A DNA stretch of 63,337 nucleotides, filler included, from Octopus bimaculoides (taxonomy: Eukaryota), in assembly GCF_001194135.2 (NCBI RefSeq). It is 5 parts of 5 records of this genome, joined end to end, with 100 filler letters (N's around TTAATTAATTAA, not from the genome) between each part and the next. Parts side by side here need not be neighbours in the genome. Positions count along the whole stretch, not along the records: positions 40,743 to 57,754 come from NC_068988.1; positions 57,855 to 60,298 come from NC_068992.1; positions 60,399 to 63,337 come from NW_026379518.1; 2 more parts are not named here. The stretch is one strand, 5' to 3'. The position numbers and the translations under genes are program-made. Positions 48,720 through 62,016 of this stretch are shown in pieces. Each line of letters starts with the position of its first letter. The first letter of the stretch is position 1. The notes beneath the pieces were generated by a model. The model saw nothing but the letters and a program-made list of their open reading frames with translations, was not told where the DNA came from and searched no databases.

Positions 48720-50159
48720 ATATATATATACATATATATATATATATGTATATTANNNNNNNNNNCTATCTGTCTGATATCTCTGTCTCTCTTTGTTTCT
48801 CTCTCTCTCATACACACGCATATATACATACATACATACATACATACATGCATACCAACATATGTAATGATATATCTACCCCTCTATCTATCAAGACTTG
48901 GAAGAATTTATTTAGGGTTGGTGGATCCGCGAAAATAAATTGCATCTTCAACATTGGTAACCGTTTTAAGACGAGGTTTTCAATGTTTTGTCTCTGATAT
49001 TGGTAATATTTACATTGGACCAATCAATGCTCTAAATTTTCGGAATGTTTTCTACAAGGACACAAAAACTCAAGAAATATCAGATATCACCGTCAACAGC
49101 TTTTTGGCAGTGTCTTCTAATACTGCGTCATCGTGCTGACAGATCAGATCCACGAATATTAATGTATGTACAAAACAATAACAACCAAGTATAAATCTAA
49201 AGGTACACACGCCATGGCGACAATGACGGGATTGATAAAAACTAGAGAATAGTTTGTCTCTAAATAGAACCCTTAATTGTCGTTTTCCTAATCAAAACTG
49301 AAAAGTTCTGAGGGATAAAAAAAACTGCGCATGAGAGCGAAAAAGTAAACAACAAAATATAAAAAAAAAAAACTGAGGAAAATATCCGAGGTTAAAAGGA
49401 AGAAAGTGAAGAAAGAGATGGGTAAATGAAGGGAAGATATGAAGAAATATTGAAGTAGAACACGAGAGAAAAGTAAGGGAAATTGATAAGAAAAAATAAT
49501 GTTGAAGGGAGAAGAGAAACGTCAGTTTTGAAGGTCAAAAGCCGAAAGGAAAAAAGACTATCACCATGTGNNNNNNNNNNNNNNNNNNNNNNNNNNNNNN
49601 NNNNNNNNNNNNNNNNNNNNNNNNNNNNNNNNNNNNNNNNNNNNNNNNNNNNNNNNNNNNNNNNNNNNNNNNNNNNNNNNNNNNNNNNNNNNNNNNNNNN
49701 NNNNNNNNNNNNNNNNNNNNNNNNNNNNNNNNNNNNNNNNNNNNNNNNNNNNNNNNNNNNNNNNNNNNNNNNNNNNNNNNNNNNNNNNNNNNNNNNNNNN
49801 NNNNNNNNNNNNNNNNNNNNNNNNNNNNNNNNNNNNNNNNNNNNNNNNNNNNNNNNNNNNNNNNNNNNNNNNNNNNNNNNNNNNNNNNNNNNNNNNNNNN
49901 NNNNNNNNNNNNNNNNNNNNNNNNNNNNNNNNNNNNNNNNNNNNNNNNNNNNNNNNNNNNNNNNNNNNNNNNNNNNNNNNNNNNNNNNNNNNNNNNNNNN
50001 NNNNNNNNNNNNNNNNNNNNNNNNNNNNNNNNNNNNNNNNNNNNNNNNNNNNNNNNNNNNNNNNNNNNNNNNNNNNNNNNNNNNNNNNNNNNNNNNNNNN
50101 NNNNNNNNNNNNNNGCATGTATGTATGTGTGTATGTATGTATGTATGTATGTATGTATG

Positions 50160-50218
<59 letters not shown>

Positions 50219-50669
50219 ATATATATATATAGATAGATAGATAAATAGATAGATATAAATATATATATATACGTATATATATTGTGTTTTGAATTTAATA
50301 TATGTATATATATAGATATTTTTCTGCATCCATGTTTAACGGTTTTTTTCCGTAGGGGATGGGGTTAAAGACACCTCTCAAATAGGAGAAGGGTAGGTGT
50401 CCAGAAACTGTAAGGGTAGCAATTCGTTAGGTAAAAGAAAAACTTAAAGTAGAGGGAATAGCGTGCACAAGTAGAAAGCTAATGAACGATATAAACAAAT
50501 AACGGTTTCCCTGTCTCTGTTTGTTTGTTTGTTTGTCTGCCTCTCAGCCTGTCTGTCTGCCTATCCGCCTGTCTGTCTGCCTATCCGCCTGTCTGTTTGT
50601 AAGCGTGTATATCTGGTTTTAAGTATGGCTGTGTTTATGTCTCACTCTATCTCCGTGTCACACATACAG

Positions 50670-50787
50670 AAAACATTATCATGGAATTATGACGGGGACG
50701 TAAAATACTTCCGACAGATACTTACAGCTTTGTTTAAAATTGATGACATTGTTGTCGAATGTCATCAGAACATTTTTCTGAAAAAAG
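50670..50787 (+). other. Candidate isolated coding exon (118 bp), protein not recognised
   Basis: CATACAG acceptor and AAG|GTAAAT donor; only one open frame, KTLSWNYDGDVKYFRQILTALFKIDDIVVECHQNIFLKK. Confidence 0.25.
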
Positions 50788-50934
50788 GTAAATGGACACG
50801 AACTTCAACTGAAAGTTTGCTGACACAAATGGTTATATCTCCTGATGAGTTACTTTTTACTATTACTAGCTCACATCAGATATCTTTTCTTTTTTTTTTT
50901 TGCAATGTCCCACAATTCTAAGTTAGTTGATATT

Positions 50935-51147
50935 CTTTTCTCATTTAGGCACAAGGCCCGAATTTTATTTGGGAGGGTACCAGTAGATTAGAACGATCCT
51001 AGTACGCAAATGCTATTTCATTTAACGACCCCAAAAGGATAAAGGCATAGTTGACCTCGGCGGAATTTGAAATCAGAGCATAAAGACAGACGAAATACCG
51101 TTAAGGATTCCACCCGTAGTGCTAACGTTTCTGCCAACTCACCGCTT
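50935..51147 (-). mobile_element. SINE B, full length, diverged
   Basis: GACCTCGGCGGAATTTGAA.TCAGAG...GACGAAATACCG..GCTAACGTTTCTGCCAACTCACCGC. Confidence 0.85.
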
Positions 51148-51266
51148 TTAAATTAGTTAATATTAATACATTCAATATCTGTAAATTAAACCGCCATTAG
51201 GGAGGAGGAGAAAATATTATATTACTCATTATTAAAATCTAATCGTAGATGTTTGTTGTTTTATCA

Positions 51267-51298
<32 letters not shown>

Positions 51299-52773
51299 NN
51301 NNNNNNNNNNNNNNNNNNNNNNNNNNNNNNNNNNNNNNNNNNNNNNNNNNNNNNNNNNNNNNNNNNNNNNNNNNNNNNNNNNNNNNNNNNNNNNNNNNNN
51401 NNNNNNNNNNNNNNNNNNNNNNNNNNNNNNNNNNNNNNNNNNNNNNNNNNNNNNNNNNNNNNNNNNNNNNNNNNNNNNNNNNNNNNNNNNNNNNNNNNNN
51501 NNNNNNNNNNNNNNNNNNNNNNNNNNNNNNNNNNNNNNNNNNNNNNNNNNNNNNNNNNNNNNNNNNNNNNNNNNNNNNNNNNNNNNNNNNNNNNNNNNNN
51601 NNNNNNNNNNNNNNNNNNNNNNNNNNNNNNNNNNNNNNNNNNNNNNNNNNNNNNNNNNNNNNNNNNNNNNNNNNNNNNNNNNNNNNNNNNNNNNNNNNNN
51701 NNNNNNNNNNNNNNNNNNNNNNNNNNNNNNNNNNNNNNNNNNNNNNNNNNNNNNNNNNNNNNNNNNNNNNNNNNNNNNNNNNATACATATAAATTTGGCA
51801 TGGGCAAATCTTTCTTGCCTTGGGATTCACGGTCAAACGGCTGGGTGAAAATGCGCGAAAAATTACGTACATGTGTAGAATGATCCAGTGGTTTTGCTAG
51901 GCTTTGTATTTTTTTCATAGCACTCGTGGTTACCGAGATAATCTATTATAATAATACTCTTGTGTTTATGAATGAGAAAGGAAGGGGTGACAGATGAATA
52001 CGGAAGAAAGGGGTGATTTCATACTTGCTAGTAGGATGATGAAAATAGTACGCTAGAAAAATAGATCAAACAGCGTTTCAACTCTGTGTGAATATATGTG
52101 TTTGTATGTAAAACGGAGAGGTATGTGAATGTGTATATGTGTGTGCGCGCGTGTGCGCGCGCAATGGAAGTGGGACTTTTTGGAAAGTCTTTCTTTGTAG
52201 TGTTTCAGTTATTTGTTTTTCACTTACAGATGGGATTTTTCCCTTTTTGGGTGGAGAGAGAGAAAAGCAATGTGAGGTGTATAGGATAGTAAAAGAGGGT
52301 AAAGAATGAAGAGAAAGTGAGAGAGAGAGTGTGTGTGTGTGTGTTTTTGTGTGTACTATTTACATAAATACAAATGATTACGTTAGTGTTGATATATTTG
52401 AGTACCCAATGAGACTAAAAAGCACTCTTAGTCAATGACAAACTATTGTAGGTACAATAGTGGTTATAATAAATACTTCCGGTCTTATTCAGATCTCAAA
52501 AGGCGAAGTTAATAGTCGATGGGAATAAAGATTTAAATAATCAGCATGTCCTTCTCAAGCTTATGGTTGGAGTAAGAACAGTTAAATGTGTTTGTCTTGA
52601 CCTGGAGGAGAAAACTATGAGGGATGGAAAAGAACGGGAGGATAATTGAAATGACTAGACAGTAGTGTATTACTGGTATTTGTGCATTCAATTTTCATAT
52701 ATACTGGTCAACGCTGAACGACACATATACTGGATAGAGCAGTCTTCAAGAGGCTGTGTGATCGTCATCGTCG

Positions 52774-52810
<37 letters not shown>

Positions 52811-53164
52811 NNNNNNNNNNTCATCATCATCATCATCATCATCAACAACAACAACAACAACGACGACGACAGCAACGTTAGCACCATCGCACTCACCAAA
52901 CACAATCACGTAGTCGCTCAATGATGTGAAGGCAGCAGTAAAATCACATTCACTCGAACAAAACACCTGTGTCTTAAAGAAGGAAGGACGAAACGGATGA
53001 TGTACTCTTAGATATACGTAGGAAGACGACATTGTCAAGTCCGGAATGGTTTTTTACAACTACTTTGCGCAGTCAAGTTTGAGTTGTGGTTAAGCAACAA
53101 GTAACTAAAAAAAAAACACCGCCACCACCACCACCACTACCAGCTCCACGATCAATGCAACACT

Positions 53165-53205
<41 letters not shown>

Positions 53206-53744
53206 CCATGACAACAATAACACTTGAAGCAATCTCCGTTGATCTAACCACGAAATTAACCTCTCTAATAACCAACTCTCCACTAAGTCTGACAACCATG
53301 AAGACAAGCACTGACTTAAACGCACGCACACACACAAAGACACACACACACACAAAGACGCACACACACACACACAAACACACACACAAAACACACACAC
53401 ACAACACACTCGAATACACACGCAAACAAACAAGTAAGCAATCTAATGAACAGACAAAACAAAACATATGAATACATCTACTTGACACATGTCAACTTTT
53501 CCAAGAAGACGCCAGCTTTCAACTCTCAAGATGCATTTTATTTTCAGTTGGTTCGATTTACTGTAAATCTCAAACAGCCGACCTCAACCATTGTTTTGTC
53601 AAACAGCTTCGAGTTCACGGAATTGCAGACCCAACTTCAGCACGTAACTTTCTCTTTTATTTATTGTAATTTTTGTCATTTGTTTTTGTCATTTTTCTTA
53701 TCTCACTATCCCTCTCCATATATGTATATATATATCTTTTATCT

Positions 53745-54060
53745 TTTAATCTTTTACTTGTTTCAGTCATTTGACTGCGGCCATGCTGGAGCACCGCCTT
53801 TAGTCGAGCAAATCGACCCCAGGACTTATTCTTTGGATGCCTAGTACTTATTCTATCGTTCTCTTATGCCGAACCGCTAAGTTACGGGGACGTAAACACA
53901 CCAGCATCGGTTGTCAAGCGATGTTGGGGGACAAACACAGACACAAACATATACACATATATATATATACGACGGGCTTCTTTCAGTTTCTGTCTACCAA
54001 ATCCACTCACAAGGCTTTGGTCGGCCCGAGGCTATAGTAGAAGACACTTGCCCAAGATGC
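53745..54060 (-). mobile_element. SINE A, well preserved, head lost in gap
   Basis: Near-exact reverse complement of the 33461 copy. Confidence 0.9.
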
Positions 54061-54271
54061 NNNNNNNNNNNNNNNNNNNNNNNNNNNNNNNNNNNNNNNN
54101 NNNNNNNNNNNNNNNNNNNNNNNNNNNNNNNNNNNNNNNNNNNNNNNNNNNNNNNNNNNNNNNNNNNNNNNNNNNNNNNNNNNNNNNNNNNNNNNNNNNN
54201 NNNNNNNNNNNNNNNNNNNNNNNNNNNNNNNNNNNNNNNNNNNNNNNNNNNNNNNNNNNNNNNNNNNNNNN

Positions 54272-54317
<46 letters not shown>

Positions 54318-54727
54318 GCACCACACACTCTTACACACACAGCCTCTATGTATTCTCATTTTTCTATATTTTTCTTTATAGTTTTTCCCAGTTTTGTTTC
54401 AGTCACCATAATTAGCTCACAATCCAAATCTCTCTTTCTTTTTCTTTCTCTGTCTCTGTCTCTCTCCTTCTTTCCCTCCTCTCACTCCCTCTTCCCCGTC
54501 CCTCTCTCTCTCGATTGTTTTCATTTGTAGTTTTATGTTCTTTTCAGGTCATTTTGTTGTTTACTTCCTGTCCGTTCCTTTCTTTCCTCTGTATTCCAAC
54601 TTACCCTCACTCACTTCTGCAACGTATCCCTTGATACATCACAAACCTTGCTTATTTCCATTTCTTTCCTGTTTGTTTACGAGAGCAAATATCTGGGAAA
54701 AAAAAATATGTTTTTCTTATTTTTTCA

Positions 54728-54784
<57 letters not shown>

Positions 54785-54854
54785 CATTATTATTATCATA
54801 GGTGGTTGTGACGTTATTGGCGGCATTGATAGTAGCAGCATCAGCAGCAGCAGC

Positions 54855-54907
<53 letters not shown>

Positions 54908-55559
54908 AATTTGTTGTTTGTTTTTATCCCTCAGTTAGCTTCAGCCTCAACTTCTGAAGTAAAAAAAAGAAACTTAAAACAATATCTCTTCTTCATATTT
55001 CCTTAAAATAAAAATAAAATAAAAAAACAACAAAAAAGCCCCCTCCCCTCGCTTTCTTCCTCTCACAAACCTCTTCAACTGTTCTTGAATTATTTAAACT
55101 ATTTTCGGCCAGCTTTTTCTCTGACGTTCAAAAGCTGATATATCGTAAGTCTAAATATAAATATTTTCGAATATAAATCAATGCTTGTCTTTATCTTACA
55201 TTATTCTATGTTTACTTATCTCTGATGTTTCTTTTCTGTATTTTATGTACGTGTATATACAACTTCTTCCTTCTTGTTGTCTCCATGAGGTGTCACTGTT
55301 TGCATGTATGACAGTCTGTCTCAATATCATTCTATTGATTTATCAAAGCAGTAATATCTCTATCTCTCTTCAAATTTGTTTTCAGAGCAGATTATTTGTG
55401 TGTGATAATGTTTCCAAACGCAAGATTAAATCCTTGTCGTCGAGGAATATCTCTTACACTGGTTCGAGTCACGGTAATATCATATTATTTTCCCAAAACT
55501 CTTTATTGCTGGTTTTAGTAAACACAGACGCAGTAAACTTACACTTGATCACAGGTGTT

Positions 55560-55720
55560 GCGACCGTGACCATCCCATGGCTTTTTTTTTATTTCAAGGA
55601 CCACAGTGTCAAATGTCTCACTACAAATTTTTGTTTTTGTATAGTAGCCATGACTACACACCCATAATGAAAGATTTGGTGCATTAAGGTTTACTCGGTA
55701 CACTACTCCTTCGTGAGTTG
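55560..55720 (-). pseudogene. Possible degenerate SWIM zinc-finger remnant (MULE-type transposase?)
   Basis: GVVYRVNL..WVCSHGYYTKTKICSETFDTV has the spacing of YxVxL..CxC..CxH but two of four ligands are substituted. Confidence 0.2.
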
Positions 55721-56689
55721 AAAGAATGGGGAAGAATGTCTTAAATCGACCCCGCAATTACTATTTCAGAAAATATTTCTTGATAAGAGAAAGAAAACCT
55801 GCTTTCTCACCACAAAGGTTTTCATCGGCAAAAACCAGTGTAACGAGGAAGCTCTTGGTTATCAAATGGCAGCCCCCCAATAACCAAAAGTTCAATTGAG
55901 TGTTACAACAAAAGCTGAGATTCATGTACAATAATTCCAGCGTAATTAGGAATTGGTTCGGAAAATATTTCGCGAATTAACCCAAAGTTGAAAGGGCAAT
56001 TTTGAGATTTATATATTGTATTGCCATAGCTAAAAAACTACTACAAACAATTATATGATAGACTGAGATCAACCAAGGAAAATAAAAAAAAATTAAAGCA
56101 ACGTATGTGGTATTTTTCCTTCTATCAGGAAATTACCACAATTTTCTCAAAATGGATTGGGAGATCGAAAGATAAAAGTAAATTACAAAATAATATGAGT
56201 TGTTAAGGACACCACTGAAATTAACATGTGGTCCGATAAGTTGAGGACTGATGTACTGAATGGAGTGCAAACAGGAACATTTATCCGAAATTTTCCTGTT
56301 GGAAAATAGTTGACAACTCGCCGGAAAAGGAGAGATAAAATTTCAAAGTTATCCTGATTGTTTTTTTCTCCCTAAAAACCATTGTCAACTGAACAAGCAG
56401 AACAGATTAAACTATATTAGGCTGACGATGAATAATTCACCGAAACAATCCATAATTCTCACCTTCACTCTTTAATAAAGATTGCATTTTTACCTGAATG
56501 TCATTTAGAGAATTCACTTCAGATTTTCTTGGAGTTATCTTCCTTTTGTTAGAGTTCTTGACAAACGCTGCTAGATTTTATTCTTCTCTTAAAGGAAAAT
56601 TTCAATTAACATTTTTTTCCGTGCGGAAAAAAACTGTAATTGAATTGAACTTATCACACCTCGATGTAATACCACAATGTCTCCTTAGA

Positions 56690-57494
56690 GCCACAATAGA
56701 AGCGGTTTAAAATGTTCAGTGCTGTTACTTCCTTCCAATTCATATAAGAACGAAATAAAATCATTGAGTACCTTATTGGGTTCTACTTTAACGTGCGGTC
56801 TTCCTGCAAATTTGCACATCAGAGTGCAGTCTACTTCCTTTACAAGAACTTTACACTGCAGATTGATAAAAACAACTTCGAATAACATTGGTTAATAATT
56901 TCTTATTAATGATACACATAACTGATTCAAACAATTTACATTTAAATCCTTTAACGATATACACTTCATAGACCATTTAGGAATGTCACAAAGAAATCGG
57001 TGGCATCTTTTCTCATCATGCAATTTGAAATAGTCACTGAACCTTTCTCATATTCTCACTTAAAGATTAGTGATAAACCGTTTGTGTTAGGCCGTTCTAC
57101 ATAAAGGGATCTACAGTTAGAGCCTTGTTTAAGATCAAAGACATAAGTACCATCAATTCTACGTCCATGGGCCTTGTTGTTTTGTACATCTGCGTCACTG
57201 TCTTCGGAAAGACGAACAATACCTCCATTTAACATTCTCTGATGAGCATATTTCCGTTGAACAACAAATTTTGTTTCGTCAATCTAAATAGGATTATCGT
57301 TTGTTCCAACCATCTTACCGCGATGATGATGAGAAACGATGGTTCTACACACCACTCGACACATATTATGCTATTCGATCATCGTATTGGAAGAATTTCC
57401 TTTGAGAGTCAACGTCGTATTTATGGGTTTCAATTACAAAAAGAACACTAGTTCTGCAATCTTGCAGAATCTCATCATAATTTGTTGTTGATAT
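56690..57494 (-). pseudogene. Merlin (IS1016/IS1595, ISXO2-like) DDE transposase remnant
   Basis: MCRVVCRTIV..GKMVGTNDNPI*IDETKFVVQRKYAHQRMLNGG..SEDSDADVQNNKAHGRRIDGTYVF..EKGSVTISNC..NCLNQL..TNVIRS; collinear with the Merlin pattern CREVC..KIGG..VEIDESKF.KRKY.RGR..GxWVFG..PGSTIxSD..TNxIE; stops and frameshifts present. Confidence 0.75.
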
Positions 57495-57718
57495 CTGTAT
57501 AATGAAACAATGAGTTTTCATTGTAAACGGTCAAGTGATAGATAGATAGATAGATAAAAAAGATAGATAGATAAATAGATAGATAGGTAGATAGATAGAT
57601 AGATAGATAGNNNNNNNNNNACATACATACATACATACACATATACACACATGTATATATATATAATGAGAGAGAGGGAAAGACAGAGACAGATAGTTAT
57701 AGATATAAATGTATATAT

Positions 57719-57754
<36 letters not shown>

Positions 57755-58465
57755 NNNNNNNNNNNNNNNNNNNNNNNNNNNNNNNNNNNNNNNNNNNNTT
57801 AATTAATTAANNNNNNNNNNNNNNNNNNNNNNNNNNNNNNNNNNNNNNNNNNNNATATATATATATATATATATATACATATAAACGCTCGTATATAAAT
57901 GCGTGTACATAGACACAGGCACACTCACAACCTCACAGAAACATACGCACACACATGCACACGTGCGTTCACAAACACATATATTATATGTATGCATATG
58001 TATATCTATGTATGTATATATATATATGTATGTATGCATGTGTGTGCGTGCTTTTTTTCTACTTCCCTTATTTTTCAACGGTACACAAGATTTCTCACGA
58101 AAAATTAACATACAAGATGCCTGACATAATCAAATCAAAAACCGGAAACGACCTCTTTACCCCACCTCCTCCTTCCCACACCCCCTTTTTTTCTCTGTTC
58201 TCTTCACTCTCTCATCCTTCTGCCTCAGTTTAGCCAAAGTTGTAATTTTAGTTCATTGTCACCCATGCGTGACGCGAGCCACATTGCAAAGTAGCAATTT
58301 TGACGAGAGCTTTCGGCTTTTTTTGTCTATTAGATTTTTTGAGGTTTGCTTACACACACACACACATACAAAATACACACACACACACACATATATGTCC
58401 ATATTTGCGTGTACAGGCATATATTTTTACCAATATCTTATTATTATTGATATCTCCGATATTAA

Positions 58466-58703
<238 letters not shown>

Positions 58704-58970
58704 CTTGTCATCACGCATGCCCTTACAAGGCTAATTTGGAGCAAGGGTGAATGCATATAAGTTCCTTTGCGGATAGACGGCGTTTTAGAAGATGAGGAAG
58801 AAGATGAGAACGAGAGAGAGAGAAACAGAGGGAAAGAGAGTTATTTTTTTTCTTTTTCTACGTTTCTTCCTTCTATTTTTTGTTTCTTTTTTTATCTCCT
58901 TTTTTTATTTCCTTTCTTTCTTTAAATTATTCCTAGTTTCCTTCTTCATTTTCAATTGATTCCATTAATA

Positions 58971-59013
<43 letters not shown>

Positions 59014-59227
59014 GCATGTATGCATGTATTCATATACATGTGTGTGTATCTATACATACATATATATGTATGTTTGTATGTACGTATGCAAGTATTTGGT
59101 TCTTGTGCTCTATCTACTCAGAGGGACACAGACTAGCATTCCAAACACTAACTCTGTCCACTCTTGGAATCTGCCCTCTCGTCATAATTATCACCTTCGC
59201 ATTATCGCTCTATCTTTCAGACAGTCC

Positions 59228-59273
<46 letters not shown>

Positions 59274-59319
59274 TTATTTATCTATCGTTCTATCTCTTTT
59301 TCTATCAATCAATCAATCA

Positions 59320-59366
<47 letters not shown>

Positions 59367-59604
59367 ACTCTCAATTTTTTCCTATCTGTCTGACTGTCTG
59401 TCTAGTTATCGGTCTGTTTATCTCTGTACATCGATCTATTTCTTATATCTCGCAATTCTTTGTTTTCATCCTCATTTGCATTCACACAGACACACACAGA
59501 CATACACACATATCATACAGAGAGATTGCTATCACAAGGGTCCTGTGTGACTATATGCGTTTGTGCATAATATTGTATCGGCATGTGTATTTATATGCCT
59601 GTAA

Positions 59605-59668
<64 letters not shown>

Positions 59669-59839
59669 TAGAAATACATACACACATACATATATAGATA
59701 TACATACATACATATATCCACATCTACTAAAAATTTACAATATATGCACCATTACTATTTCAAATATGAATATCAAAAAAGATTTTCAAAGACATCACAG
59801 AAAGAATCTCACCATAGCATATTGAATTATTGATTAATA

Positions 59840-59960
59840 AATTTGGTTTATAAATAAATAAATATATTCTGTTCTAAAATATTTGGTTTATAAATAAATG
59901 TATTCTATTTTAACATATTTCGTTTATAAATAAATATATATTCTATTTTAAAATATTTTA
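59840..59960. repeat. AT-rich ~37-bp tandem repeat, about 3 units
   Basis: ATATTTGGTTTATAAATAAAT.TATTCT.TT.TAA repeated. Confidence 0.8.
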
Positions 59961-60229
59961 ATTCAATAAATGATTTAATTTCAACAAAAGCATTTTTTTG
60001 TGTTATTTTTCAAAAACTTGAGAACTTTGTTAATTTTTTTTATTATTGCGTTGTATAATATGTCAGACAAACATAACGTTTATGTTAGACGTACATAACA
60101 TAAACGTATGCACACGTGCATAAAAACACCCATAAATGCCAAAAAATGTCTAGCTTAAATACTCAAATGTCATTAACAATTACATAGACACACGCATGTA
60201 AATGTATACAGATAGACAAACAAAAACAG

Positions 60230-60298
<69 letters not shown>

Positions 60299-60614
60299 NN
60301 NNNNNNNNNNNNNNNNNNNNNNNNNNNNNNNNNNNNNNNNNNTTAATTAATTAANNNNNNNNNNNNNNNNNNNNNNNNNNNNNNNNNNNNNNNNNNNNCG
60401 GTTTTACACCTGTCTGCCACGACTGTTGTCATTTCATCTTAAACCAAATTTGTAATTAATTTTAATTTGTTCTCTGAGAGTCCTTTGGTGAGAGAATTAA
60501 TTTTCCTATGAATGTTAATAGCTGCCGTTAATCATTGCTTGAATAGAAAGCATACGGTATAGAAAAAAAAACCTCTAACGCAGTTCTGAGTTATGTTCGG
60601 AGTGTGTACGATTA

Positions 60615-60806
60615 GGCGCAGCCATGGCTGAGTGCTAAGAAACTTGCTTTCCAATCACATGGATCCGGATTCAATCCTACAGCGTGGCACCTTGGGTAAG
60701 TGTCTTTTACTGTAGCCCCAGGCCGACCATAACCTTGTGAGTGGATTTGTAAGACGGATACTGTGGTTGGGAAGCAAGCTACTTAACACACAGCCATTCC
60801 TTCGCC
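60615..60806. mobile_element. SINE A 5' half (+, 60615-60761) fused to an inverted SINE A head (-, 60762-60806)
   Basis: Ends are mutually inverted copies of the SINE head. Confidence 0.8.
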
Positions 60807-60815
60807 TATACACCA

Positions 60816-60863
60816 AGCGGTCACTCTCCAATTATTGGTGTAAATATTTGGAGAGTGACTGCT
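60816..60863. other. 48-nt hairpin (16-bp stem + mismatch + 4 bp, 6-nt loop)
   Basis: AGCGGTCACTCTCCAA / TTGGAGAGTGACTGCT. Confidence 0.8.
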
Positions 60864-60947
60864 ACTGCTAACATAAGGCTGAGGAATTTGAATAGATTAA
60901 CGGAACCTGTGTAACTAGACATTTCCCAGATTGTTTTTCTTTTGAGG

Positions 60948-61025
60948 GCTTTGCGCCTGAAATGTAAAGGTTTTGAACAGTTTCTTTCTTCGATATTACA
61001 ATGCTTCAAGCGAACTACAATGCTC
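60948..61025. repeat. Dispersed unclassified repeat, copy 2
   Basis: Homologous to 4975-5092 with an internal indel. Confidence 0.7.
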
Positions 61026-61327
61026 ATCTGTTATCGACCAGAGGGTCGAACACAATTTTGGCCATTATCGATAATATTGCTTCCGCTCTGGAGGCACTGG
61101 GAAGAAACTTGCCGGGAATGGGAGCAAAACCTAACAAAACGAGACGGACTCGAGACGAGACCGTTAGCGGACAGAAGAAGGACAAAACAATAAGCAGAAT
61201 AATGGCTTACGGTCAGACGAAGACAACAATTAACAACAACAACAACAATAATAATAATAATACGTATTCAACAACAAAAAATGCCTTGGGGCTGCAAANN
61301 NNNNNNNNGAGGAGGGTAACAGTGAAG

Positions 61328-61407
<80 letters not shown>

Positions 61408-61508
61408 AAATTCAGAGAAGTAAAGTAAAGGAAAGGAAAGAAACAGAGTGGCACAAAAATATTCCAAGAATGTATAAATATATATATATAGTAAGAGAGA
61501 AAAGATAG

Positions 61509-61584
<76 letters not shown>

Positions 61585-61833
61585 CAGTGAGTGCGTGTGT
61601 ATGTGTGTGTGCATGCACATGTATGCGTAGAGACCTATGCCTAGGCATTCATGACAGCAGGTGTTTCAGTCAATTGACTCATCCAGGAGACGATCTCTAA
61701 GCACGGATACGGATAATGCACAAAAATTCTCAGTTGATTTATTTTTAGTTCTCAACTCAAAGATATTTGCTAAATAAACCTCGTTTGTCATTCCTACCAT
61801 GGGACCATATCAACTTCTAGGAAATCTCTATAA

Positions 61834-62016
61834 GGCGGCGAGCTGGCAGAAACGTTAGCACGCCGGGCGAAATGCTTAGCGGTATTTCGTCTGCCGCTAC
61901 GTTCTGAGTTCAAATTCCACCGAGGTCGACTTTGCCTTTCATCTTTTCGGGGTCCATTAAATAAGTACCAGTTACGTATTGGGGTCGATATAATCGACTT
62001 AATCCGTTTGTCTGTG
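61834..62016 (+). mobile_element. SINE B, well-preserved full-length copy
   Basis: Nearly identical to 46708-46912. Confidence 0.9.

Noticed and set aside
55185-55667. 160-aa non-repetitive ORF
   Set aside because: No recognisable domain, composition typical of AT-rich non-coding or antisense sequence, no splice support
56422-56450. CTGACGA-TGAATAATTCA-CC-GAAAC hammerhead-like string (and CTGAAGA-TCGCAGTGGCGT-GAAAC on the minus strand near 62085-62115)
   Set aside because: Cores are present but stem I and helix III do not pair convincingly; at best decayed
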